Of a stretch of 64,000 nucleotides of DNA, positions 26,276-37,940 are shown in pieces. The stretch is taken from assembly GCF_018350175.1 (NCBI RefSeq), contig NC_058368.1:86244001-86308000 (forward strand). Direction: 5' to 3'. Numbering within the stretch: position 1 is the first letter of the stretch; each line of letters starts with the position of its first letter. This stretch comes from Felis catus (lineage: Eukaryota). The position numbers and the translations under genes are program-made. The notes beneath the pieces are model-generated. The model was given only the letters and a program-made list of their open reading frames with translations. It searched no databases and was not told the DNA's origin.

Positions 26276-27180
26276 ATGGCATAAAAACAGAGTAAACCTA
26301 TAATTTTAGAGGTCACTCTCAAAAATTTTGAAATGGGATTCTCAGGTGATTACAGGGTGGAAGTGACACCTGGGAAGTTAAGGATCTTTTGTGAACTAGA
26401 ATGGCACATATTTAATGTAGGATGGCCCCTGGGAGGGACATTAGATGCTCAAATAGTGCAGCGGGTTTGGCTGATATTCACTGGGAACCCAGGTCACCCT
26501 GATCAGTTTCCATACATTAACTCCTGGCTTGAAATTGCTGGAAATCCTGTGCCTTGGGTGCGATGCACACATAGCAAGCAGAGCTAGGCAAAGGTTTTAG
26601 CTGTTCTATCCAAAGACTCACCCAGGGAACCAAAGAAACAGCCCACTGCTCCCCTAGTGTTTCCAAGAGACCCAGAGGAAGATCCCTTCTTTCTGCCACA
26701 TTATGACTTACTGGGCTCCCTCCCCCACTGTCCCTGAGCTTGAAACTCCTCCCCTGTCTGTCTCTCCTCCTCCACTGCTGCTACTGCCACTAATGCCGCC
26801 CTTCTCTCCTCCCCTCCCAGACCTGGAGAACCCTCCCCCACAAGGACCAGTGGCCAGATTGCTCCCTTGGCCAGGCATAGACTCTCTCCAGATGCAGGTC
26901 CACATCCACCGGTACAAAGAGGCTCTCCTCCGAGGGATCAGAGCAGGGATTGAGAAGGCCATAAATATGCCAAGGAGCAAGGGGATTCCCCCAGGGATTA
27001 TTATAAGAGACTATGTGAGGCTTACACCCTGTTTGCTCCAGAGGCACAAAAGAGCCATGACAAAAAGATGGGGAAGCTCTCACCGCCAAAAGTGGGGAGG
27101 CCCAGAACCTCCTTAACAAGGGGTCAATGAGCCTACTACAAGGAAAAGGGACATTAAAAGAATTAATGTCCCAACCAGGG
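26276..27180 (+). pseudogene. gag: ERV gag remnant (matrix, Pro-rich region, partial capsid, decayed Zn knuckle)
   Basis: ATG 26276 then TAA at codon 3; GFSGDY...PGKLRIFCELEW..FNVGWP..GT...PGHPDQFPYINSW (gammaretroviral MA); HRYKEALLRGIRAG (CA); YYKEKGH*KN*CP (NC remnant). Confidence 0.88.
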
Positions 27181-29015
27181 AAAGTTCCAGAAACCCAGCC
27201 AATATCAGGAGAAACCTTGAGAAGGGAAACTTATTGGTCCTGCTAACTCTCTCTCCTTTTTCCTCTGCCTAATAGATGTGAGGAATTAGCCTTCATTTCC
27301 CAAGTTAACAGCTATAATTGGAGCCAACTGTACTTAGTCTACCTCAGGATGGGGACTTTAAGGAATGTTCCTAAGCAGTTGCTGAAACTCCATTTGTTTC
27401 AGGGAAATTCCTGGTCTTCTCTGCCATGATGTGGACTCCATATTTCCACTCTGGTGGGGAAAAAAAAAAAAAAAAAACATGGTGTCTGCTCTTCTGTCTG
27501 AGTTAAGGTTTTAAATTAGGTTTTCCTTCTCTGACTTCTACTGGCACATTCCCTCTTCTGCTTTGCCCTACCCCTGCTGTTTCTGCACCAACTTGGATGT
27601 GGTCTACATAACTGGTTCCTATATCCTCCTCAGTGCCTCAGGCACCATTGGCTCCTCCTCCCATCTTCAAGGTCAAGGAGTAAAATGCACACCCCCTTGG
27701 ACATCTAGGTCCTTTTCAAATAGAATAAATTGCTAAAGCTTTGATTACTGAACATAGGTTTGTGTTTTTAACTTCTTATTGTAGAGAAATTAAGGCTATT
27801 TGGCCCTATTGAAAAACAAGTTTGTACTTAATTGTTGAATAAATTTATCATCTAAAAAATTCTAATGTAAACACCTCTCAGTTGGTTACTAAGTCCTCAA
27901 TTGGAGACTAAGGTTTTTTATTTTTTTTTTAATTTTTTTTCAACGTTTTTTATTTATTTTTGGGACAGAGAGAGACAGAGCATGAACGGGGGAGGGGCAG
28001 AGAGAGAGGGAGACACAGAATCGGAAACAGGCTCCAGGCTCCGAGCCATCAGCCCAGAGCCTGATGCGGGGCTCGAACTCACGGACCGCGAGATCGTGAC
28101 CTGGCTGAAGTCGGACGCTTAACCGACTGCGCCACCCAGGCGCCCCGAGACTAAGGTTTTTTAAAGGTTAAAATTCTGCTAAGTGTACTTAAGATTGATG
28201 GAAATAAGGAAAGCAAGCCTGTATGTAAGAAAGTAAAATGTATGTAAAAAAGATATAAGAAATGGAAATACATTTTTTTAAGGGTAAAAGAAAGGCATTT
28301 TGTCCTAAATGAGACTGGTTATTTGGAGAGAAATGGCTTTGGTACAAAGTTTGAAGGCAAAGGAAAGTTGCAGAGGTTCATGAAGGGAAATCTTTGGAAA
28401 AGAATTTTATGTATGCTCAGGATGCACTAAGGTTGAGATGCATGGAATTTTAAAAGTACACTGGTATATGGTTGAAATTCTGCCTTTTTCTCTGCTCAAA
28501 TGACAAAAGGTTTCTTGGACTGTTGATCTGCTCTTGACAAGACAATGCAAACAAAGGTTCTGGGAAAACAAAGTTTTAGGTTTCATCTTTATCAGGTCTT
28601 TGTTTACTTAGTTAAAACTTCTCAATATTAAAGGAGCTACATTTTGGTACCAACTATATAAGCTATACATTCACCTTTATGATCTTTTATTGCCACCTTT
28701 GTTGAGTAAATAAAGTTTTAAGATTTGTAATGATCTGTAATCCTATTTAGGATGTACTTATAACTTCCTAAGGTTTTAACAAACTTCCCAGGATTTACAT
28801 AGTAAATGAAGTCTTTTTGACCAATTAGGCCCTTTTATTTGGGATGCTAAGTTACTTGGAAAGGCACTGTCATACAATAGTAACCCTTAGGTTTTATTGC
28901 ACAGGTAAATGCTGTAACTGCCCAAATATATATGCAATTCCTAAAGTTTTAATGTTTTGGTATAAGGTCATCACTTAATATTCTGATTACTTGAAGTGTT
29001 ATGTGTCACAGAAAT
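27180..29015 (+). mobile_element. Probable non-coding ERV internal sequence
   Basis: Continues from gag with no recognisable pol/env; assignment by context only. Confidence 0.45.
27921..28146 (-). mobile_element. Very young Can-SINE
   Basis: Many CpGs intact; perfect 17-bp TSD gagactaaggtttttta at 27904-27920 and 28147-28163. Confidence 0.98.
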
Positions 29016-29565
29016 TGTCTAGCAGAGTGAGTCTAGGCTTGTCGGGAGACAGGGTATTGGATGCTGAAAAGATAATTCAACTCTGTGGAAGTCAGAGTGG
29101 AGACAAGTAGTGCCCTATTGCAGAAATTTTGAAGTGTGAGTTAGGGGCTTACTCTTTTACACAGGAGTATTGAGCTACTATGACATACTAGACACAGTAG
29201 AAGTTTAAGTGCCTTCTCTGGAGAAAGCTTTTCAGATAGAAAGCAAATTGCAGGGGGTTGTAATGTATTTTTTTCTTAATAGAAGTTAACATACACAGTT
29301 TAATTTGTTCAGAGATATCACACATTTATTTGACCATTCTATACATTACTCAACATACACCACAGTGAATGTAATCACCATCCATCACCATGTTATTACA
29401 GTATTACTGACTGTATTCCCTATGTTGTACTTTTCTTCTGTGAATTACTTATTTTAGTAGAAGTAGACGTTTGAATTCTTAATCCTCTATTTTGCCCATC
29501 TTCACAACCACCTCTTCTCTGGCAAGAATTTTTTTCTCTGTAAGATGTTTCCATTTGTTTGATTC

Positions 29566-29860
29566 ATTGGTTTTTTTGTTTGTTTTTTGGATTCCACATA
29601 TAAGTGAAATCATACGGTCTATGTCTGTGTGACTTATTTCACCTATCATAATACCCTCTAGAAACATGCATGTTATGGAAAATGGCAATATATCATTATT
29701 TCTTAAAGGTAATTGGTTTTTTTGTTTGTTTTTTGGATTCCACATATAAGTGAAATCATACGGTCTATGTCTGTGTGACTTATTTCACTTATCATAATAC
29801 CCTCTAGAAACATGCATGTTATGGAAAATGGCAATATATCATTATTTCTTAAAGGTAATT
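29566..29860. repeat. 146-bp direct tandem duplication
   Basis: 29566-29711 and 29712-29857 differ at one base (cacctatc/cacttatc). Confidence 0.95.
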
Positions 29861-29869
29861 AACATTATA

Positions 29870-30085
29870 GGGTTTCTGGGTGACTCAGTTTGTTAAACAT
29901 TTGACTTCAGTTCAGATCATAATCTCACAGTTTGTGGGTTCCAGCCCCTCATCAGGTTCTCTTCTGACAGCTCAGAGCCTGAGACTTGCTTCAGATTCTG
30001 TCTCCTTTTCTCTCTGCCCCTCCTCTATTTGTGCTCTGTCTCTCTCTGTCTCTCAATAATTAATAAACATTTATTGTTTTTAAAA
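29870..30085 (+). mobile_element. Can-SINE
   Basis: SINE body; taacattata flanking repeat. Confidence 0.9.
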
Positions 30086-32975
30086 AAGGCTAAGTAACAT
30101 TATATATTTATACCTACATCTTTTTTATTCATTTATTTTTCAATTAACACTTGGTTTGCCTCCATATCTTGGTTACCATAAGTAATTCTGCAATAAATAT
30201 AGAGCTGTATATATCTTTTAAAATTAGTGTTTTAAGGGGAAGAACTAAGGTGGCCAAGTATTAGGAGGACCCTAAGATTATCTTGACCCTTAAACACAGG
30301 TAGACAAATATCAAATGATTCTAAACAGCCAACAAATTGATCTGAGGACTGACAGAACAAATTGCCATACTACAGGGAGAGAAGAGGCCACATTGTGAAA
30401 GGTAGGAAGTGTGGAGAGGTGCTTTGGAGAGAAACAGACCACTGGTGCTTTGGAACAGAAAACACCCAGTTCGTGGAGAAAGGGGAGAGAGAGGAGTGCA
30501 TAAGGGATCACACACAAAACACATCTCCAAAGCCATTGACTGGGAAAATAAGAAGCTGATTTTGATGAGTATTTTCTAATCAGCAGTATGCAAAAGTTGG
30601 AGTTATAATGTACCCAGCCTGGCTAGTATAGAATCCTGGGAGCTTTGCAGTGCTCCTGTGTGGAGAAGGCAGGCAGGTAACTCAGGGGCAGACGGCATAA
30701 TCTGCAGATCACCTGAGATGCACTGGGGGAGATAGTCACCCCTTTTTAGAGTGCATCTGAATTAAGTGGCATTGTGTTCAGGGACAAAAGAGCCTTTGGG
30801 TGCCATTTCCCTTGCCCACCCCTCAGCTTTGGCCCAAAGAAAAATTTTGAATGCAGTTAACCTGGACATTGACTCTTCAGTGCACTTTGTTCCAAAACCT
30901 GCATGCCTACAATCTGTTGAGACCACCCTTCTGGATCAAATCTGCATCAGTCCTAGGGCAGTGCGATCCTCCTCTAGAACCTGGGCACTTGTTCCCACCA
31001 CCCTAATGTTTGGAACTTTAAAATTTGGAAGCTTGCCTGGAATAGAATACAATGTACACTGTGCTTCTCCAGGCAGGTAAGAAAACCAGACACAGACAGT
31101 GTGAAAACAGCAATCTGACAAATATCTATGACACAAAAGGGGAAATTATTTGCTCTTCCAGGAGGGTTTCCCTGAGAACAGTTGACACAAACCGCCCAGC
31201 CTGTGGGACAAAGGAACTGGAGGCATGATTTCCCTCCCATTCGCATCAGCATTGGCTAACTTCAGTAAATAGCACAGGGCCAAAACTGGCTGTGTCAATT
31301 CCTTACACCCAGACAGCTGCCTGCACTCTGCTGATACCGCTTTTCTCTGGCAAATGTGTCAAAGGACTAGCACAGCAGGCCTCCTCCCCAAAAGACAAGC
31401 AGAAACCTTTGCATGTATAACTTCTGCCAATCATAGACTTCTGGAAAGCTTCAAGTATAATGGGAATAGAACCAGGTCTTTATTAACAAGCAGATTAAAG
31501 CACACCTATTTAAAATTCACCACTGTGTGGCTATGGTCTGTACACTCCCCACAGCAGACAAGGAGAAACCCAAGAGGACTGTCTGAGGGATACAGCATCC
31601 ATAACATAGCAGGAGAGTGCCTGCAGCACACACCACAGACACATCCTGAAGCACCAGGCTCTGGACATTATAGGAACTGTTCATAAGTCCATTACCCTCA
31701 GAGGCATGAAACATAACAGGCTTACCAAACACACAGAAGAAGACAGACTTAGACAAATTGCCAAGACAGACAAATTCATCCCCAAAAAAGAACAAGAAAA
31801 TGTCACGGGCAATGATCTACTTGAACCAGATATGAGTAATATGCCTGATTTAGAATTTCAAGCAACAATTATAAGAATACAACCTGTGGTTGAGAAAAGC
31901 ATAAAAAACACTAGGGAGTCCATTACACCAAAGATAAAATTGCTTAAAACCAATCAAGCCAAAATGAAAAATGCAATAACCAAGATTAAAAACTGATGGA
32001 ATTCAATGACCACAAGAAAGGAAGAAACAGAGGAATGAATAAGTGACATATGATAGATTTATGAAAAATAAGGAAGCTGATCAAAAGAGAGAATACAAAA
32101 TCTTGCATCATGAAAGTAGACTTAGGGAACTCAGTGATTCCATGAAATGTAATAACATAGGTATCATAGGAGTCCCATAAGAAAAGAGATAAAAGGGGTC
32201 AGAAAGTTTTTTAAGGCAATTATAGATGATGACTTCTTCAATCTGGGGAGGAAAAGAGACTTCCAAATCCAGGACACACAGAGAGCTCACATCAAAATCA
32301 GCAAAATCAAGGGAACACCAAGACATATTGCATCTAAATATGCAAATTGGAGAGATAAAAAATTCTTAAAATAGCAAGACAAAAGAAGTCCCTAACTTAC
32401 AAGGGAAGACCAATATGATTAGCAGCTGTTCTTTCCACAGAAACTTGGAAAACCAAAAAGTATTCCATGATATATTCAATGTGCTAAATGGGAAAAATCT
32501 GCAGCCTATATTATACTCTCCAGCAATGCTATCATTCAGAATAGAAGGATAGATAAATATTTTTCCAGACAAAAATAAATAATAAGTAAATAAAATTAAA
32601 AGTAAATAATAAAATAAAATAATAAAATAATAAAATAATAAAATAAAATAAAATAAAATAAAATAAAATAAAATAAAATAATGGAGTTCTTGTCCACTAA
32701 AGCAGCACTATAAGAATTATTAAAGAGGATTTTCAGTGGGAAAAAGACAAGAAGGGAATGGAGAAAATCTCCAGAGACAATGACAAAGCAAGCACTAAAT
32801 TCATATCTATCAATAATTCATGTCTACCGATTAAAATACTCTGGAATAAAATACTATTCCAATCAAAAGAAATAGTGTGTCAAAATGGATTTAAAAAAAC
32901 AAGGCATACTTATTATTCCTACTAGAGACTCATTTTAGATCATATCACAACAGCAGATTGAAAATGAAGGGATGT

Positions 32976-33195
32976 GGGGAGCACATGGGTGGCTTAGTCA
33001 TTTGAGTGTCCGACTTTGGCTCAGGTCATAATCTCATATTTGTAGGTTCAAGCTCCACATTGGGCTTTGTGCTGACAGCTCAGAGCCTGGAGTCTGCTTT
33101 GGATTCTGTGTTTCCCTCTCTCTTTGCTCCTTCTCTGCTCACAATCTGTCTCTCTCTGTCTCTAATAACATAAAACGTTAAAAAAAAAAAAGAAA
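32976..33195 (+). mobile_element. Can-SINE in L1
   Basis: SINE body; aaa(a/g)tgaagggatg TSD. Confidence 0.93.
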
Positions 33196-35483
33196 GAAAG
33201 TGAAGGGATGAGGAAATATTTATCATGCCAATAGATGTCAAAAGAAAGCTGGAGTAACAATTTTTATATTAGTTATACTACAATTAAACCAAAGGCCATA
33301 ACATGAGATGAAGAGCATTATATCATAATAAAGAAAACTATCCAACAAGAAAATCTAACAATAATAAATAGTTATGCCCCAACATGGTGCACCCAAATAT
33401 ATAAAACAATTAATAACAAACATAAAGGAATTCATCAATGATAATACAATAATAGTAAGAAAGTTTAATATACCACTTATAGCAATGGACAGATCATCAG
33501 ACCAGAAAATCAACAAAGAAACAAACACTATGAATGGCACAATGGGTCAGATGGACTTAAAAGCTATATTCAGAAATTTCATCCTAAACCAGAAGAATAC
33601 CATTCTTTTCAAGTGTGTGTGGGACAGTTTCCAGAATAGATCACATACGAGGTTACACATGAGGCTTCAACAACTAAAAAAAAAAGATTGAGATCAGAAC
33701 ATGCAAATTTTCTGACCACAATGTTTTGAAACTTGAAGTCAACTACAAGAAAATGTTGGAAACACCACAGTAACATGAAAGTTAATGGACATCCTACTAA
33801 GAAATGAATGGGTCAAACATGAAATAAAAGAAATATAAAAACTACATGGAAACTAATGATAATGAAAACACGATGGCCCAAAGCCTGTGGGATGTAGTAA
33901 AAGTAGACATAAGGGAGAAGTGTAGAGTAGTAGAGGTCTGCCTCAAGAAGCAAAAAAATTCTCAAATATGCAAACTAGGCTTAAACCTGAAGACTCTAGA
34001 AAAAGAAAAAAAAAGCCTAAAGCCAACAGAACAAGGGAAATGATAAAGTTTAGAGGAGAAATAATGATAGAGAAACAACAACATCAAAAACAGTAGATTA
34101 GATGAATGGAAAAAGAAGTGGTTGAAAAATATTGGGAAAAAATTGTAAACTCCTATCCAAACTGATGAAAAACACAGAGAAAAGACCCCAATAAATAAAA
34201 TCACAAATAATAGAGGGGAGATCACAACCAACACTACCGAAATATAAACAATTAGAATGCTATCATAAATTATATGCCAACAAACTGGACAATTAGAAAG
34301 AAATGTATAAATTCCCAGAAACATATAAACTACCAAAACATAAACAGAAAGAACTAGTAAGCTTCAGCAGAGCAATGGCCAACAAATAAACTGAATTGTT
34401 AATAAAAAATCTCCCAACAAACAAATGTCCAGGACAAGGGGCATAGTCGCAGGATATGAAATGAATGTACAGAAATTGGTTGCATTTCCATACACCAATG
34501 ATGAAGCAATAGAAAGAGAAATCAAGGAATCAATCCTATTTACAGCTTCAATAATAAACGAAATATATCTAGGAGTAGACCTAACCAAAGAGGTAAAAGA
34601 CTTGCTCTCTGAAAACTATAAAATAGCTATTTTATAGAAACTGAAGATAACACATAATAAATGGAAAAAAAATTCTATGCTCATGAATTGGAAAAACAAA
34701 CATTGTCAAAATGTCTATACTACCCAAAGCAATTGACACATTTAATGCAAATCCTATCAAAATACCACTAGCATTTTTCAGGGAGATACAACAAACATTT
34801 CTAAATTTTTTGGTATGACAAAAGACCTGGAATAGCAAAAAGAATCTGGAAAATGAAAAGAAAAGCCGGAGACATCACAATTCCAGATGTCAAATTATAC
34901 TGCAAAGCTGTAGTGATCAAGACACTATGGTATTGGTATAAAACCAGACACATCAATCAGTAGAAACATACAGAAAACCCAGAAATGGACCCACAGTCAT
35001 ATGGTCCACTCATCTTTGACAAAGTAGGAAACAATATCCAATGCAAGAAAGACAGTCTCTTGTACAAATGGTTGGAAAACTGGAAAGCAAGAGGCAAAAG
35101 AAGGAATCTGGACCACCTTGCTACACCATACCCAAAAGTAAACTCAAAATGAATGAAAGACATAAGTGTTAGACAGGAAATCATTAAAATCCTAGAGGAG
35201 AACACAGGCAGTAACCTCTTTGACATCAGCCATAACAACTTCTTACTAGATCTCTCTCCAGAGGCAAGGGAAACAAAGTCAAAAAACAAACTATTGGAAT
35301 TTTATCACAATAAAATCTTCTGCACAGTTAAGGAAATACTCAACAAAACTAAAAGACAACCTTAGGAATGAGAGAAAATATTTTCCACTGACATAACTAA
35401 TAAAGGGTTAGCATCCAAAACAGATAAATAGCATCAAAATCAATAACCAAAAACAAATAATTCAGTTAAAAAAGGGGCAAACA

Positions 35484-35700
35484 AGGGGTGCCTGGGGGTT
35501 CAGTTGTGTCCAACTTTGACTCAGGTCATGATCTCACAGTTTGTGAGTTTAAATCCCATGTTGGGCTCTGTGCTGACAGCTCAGAGCCTAGAGCCTACTT
35601 CAGATTCTGTGTTTCCCTATCTCTCTGCCTCTCCCCTGCTCATGCTCTGTCTCACTCTGTCTCAAAAGTAAATAAAACACTAAATAATGTTGTTTTAAAT
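35484..35700 (+). mobile_element. Can-SINE in L1
   Basis: SINE body and tail. Confidence 0.9.
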
Positions 35701-36600
35701 AAAAAAATAAAATTAAAAATGGGCAAATAATAAGAATATACATTTTCCCCCAAATACACATATAGAAGGCTAACAGACACATGAAAAGATGGTCAACATC
35801 ACTCATCAAGAGGGAAATACATTTCAAAACTACAATGAGATATATCACACCAGTCAGATTGGCTAAAATTAACAACACAGGAAACTATGGTATTGGCGAG
35901 GATGCAGAAACAGGGGAAACCACAGTTGGTGGGAATACCAACTGGTGCAACCAGTCTGGAAAGCAATATGTAGGTTCCTCAAAAAATTAAAATAGAACTA
36001 CCATAGGATCCAGCAATTGCACTACAAGGTATTTACCCAAAGGATACAAAAATACTGATTTGAAGGAGTACATGCACCTGATGTCTACACAAGCATTATT
36101 CACAATAACAAAATTATGCAAAGAGCTCAAATTCCCATTGACTGATATATGCATAATGAAGATGTGAAATATATAAAAAAATGGAATATCACTTGGTAAT
36201 AAAACAAGAACAAAACCTTGCCATTTGGAGTCACAGACGTATCTAGAGATAATTATACAAGGTGATATAAGTCAGCAAAAGACAAGTACCATATGATTTC
36301 ACTTATGTTTGGAATTTAGGAAACAACAACAACAACAACAAAAAACAATTAACATGGTGGGGTGAGAGAGAGAGAGGCAAACCATAAAAAGGATTCTTAA
36401 GTAGAGAACAAACTGAGGGTTGCTGGAGGGGAGGTGGGCAGACCGACAGTTTAACTGAGTGATGGGTATTAAGGAGGGACTGGTTGTGATGAGCAATGGG
36501 TGTATATAAATGATGAATTACTAAATTCTACCCCTGAAACCAATATTACACTATATTTCAGCTAACTGTAATTTAAATAAAGGCTTGAAACAAAGTAAAA

Positions 36601-37097
36601 AAAAATAGTGTTTTCCATTTGGGAGGTAGATACCCAGTCGTGGATTTATGGATCATATGGTATTTCTATTTTTAAATTTTTGCAGATCTCCATACTGTTT
36701 TCCACAACGGTTCCACCAATTTACATTCCTACCAACAATGCGGTATCAAAATTAGGTTTTCAATCAATATAATGTTTATTGTATTTTTGTGTATGGTGAA
36801 AAAAAGTTGTCCAATTTCATTCTTTTGCATGTACCTCTCCAGTTTTCTCAACACCACTCATTTATTGAAAAGGTTTGTTTTCTCATGATATATTATTGCC
36901 TCTTTTCTCATAGATTGACCAGATAAATATGGATTTATTTCTGTGATCTTCATCCTATCCCATTGATCTATGTGTCAATTTTTGTGTCAGTATTATAGTG
37001 CCTTGATTATGGCAGTTTGTAGTCTATCCATAAAATGCAATTATGATTTCACCAACTTTGTTCTTTTTCATCAAGATTTCTTTAGCTATTTAAGGTG

Positions 37098-37141
<44 letters not shown>

Positions 37142-37310
37142 TTACACACAAGTTTTAGGATTATTTGTTCAAGTTCTCTTAAAAGGTGTTATTGGTAGAA
37201 CCTGTAGATTGCTTTAGGTAGAATGGACATTTTAAAGATGTAAATTCTTCTAAAAAGTGAGCATGGCATATTTTTCCATTTGTGTCACTTTCAATCTGAA
37301 TGTCTTTTAT
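36601..37310 (-). mobile_element. Old L1, remainder of the 29265-30233 element; includes (TG)n at 37100-37140
   Basis: Minus-strand L1 ORF2 sequence resumes after the TSD. Confidence 0.75.
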
Positions 37311-37505
37311 TACTATTTTCTTTTGTTTTCTTTCTTCCTTCTTTCCTTCCCTCCTTCCTTCCTTCCTTCCTTCCTTCCTTCCTTCCTTCCTTCCCTATCA
37401 AAGTAGCAATACCATTAACAAAGAACTAGAAAAAAATAATCCTCAAATTTGTATGAAGCCACCAAAAAAAAAAAAAAAAAAGAAACCTTGAATATCTAAA
37501 GCAAT

Positions 37506-37898
37506 CTTTTCTTTCCAAGTTTTATTTAAATAACATTTCGTTAACATATGGAGTAAATTAGTTTCAGGAGTGGAATTTAGTGATTGAGCAGTTACATTCA
37601 ACATTCTGTGATCATCACAAATAGTGCCCTCTTTAATCCCCATCACCTATTTAGCCTATCCCTTTGCCAACCTCAAGTCTGATAGCCATCAGATGATTTT
37701 TATAGGTAAGTGTCTTTTTCTTGCGTTTGCAACCTCCCCCCACCTCATTTGGTTGTTTTGTTTCTTAAATTACACATATGAATGAAATCATATGATATTG
37801 TCTTTCTCTCACTGACTCATTTTGCTTAGTATATTGATCTCTAGCTCCATTCATGTCATTGCTATTGACAAGATTTCATTGCTTTTATGACTAATATT

Positions 37899-37940
<42 letters not shown>

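Larger units (their letters stand above)
29265..30233 (-). mobile_element. Old L1 3' end (continues at 36601-37310)
   Basis: L1 3'UTR on the minus strand, split by the L1 at 30234-36600. Confidence 0.8.
30234..36600 (+). mobile_element. Full-span LINE-1 with internal RT deletion, nested in an older L1
   Basis: 5'UTR from ggggaagaactaaggtggcc; ORF1 remnant ~31760-32730; ORF2 remnants; 3'UTR and A tail; TSD aaa(t/a)tagtgtttt at ~30221-30233 and 36602-36614. Confidence 0.9.

Noticed and set aside
29017..29262. Possible 3' LTR of the Glu-PBS ERV
   Set aside because: No similarity to the 5' LTR; it may be a fragment of another LTR but I cannot support a call.
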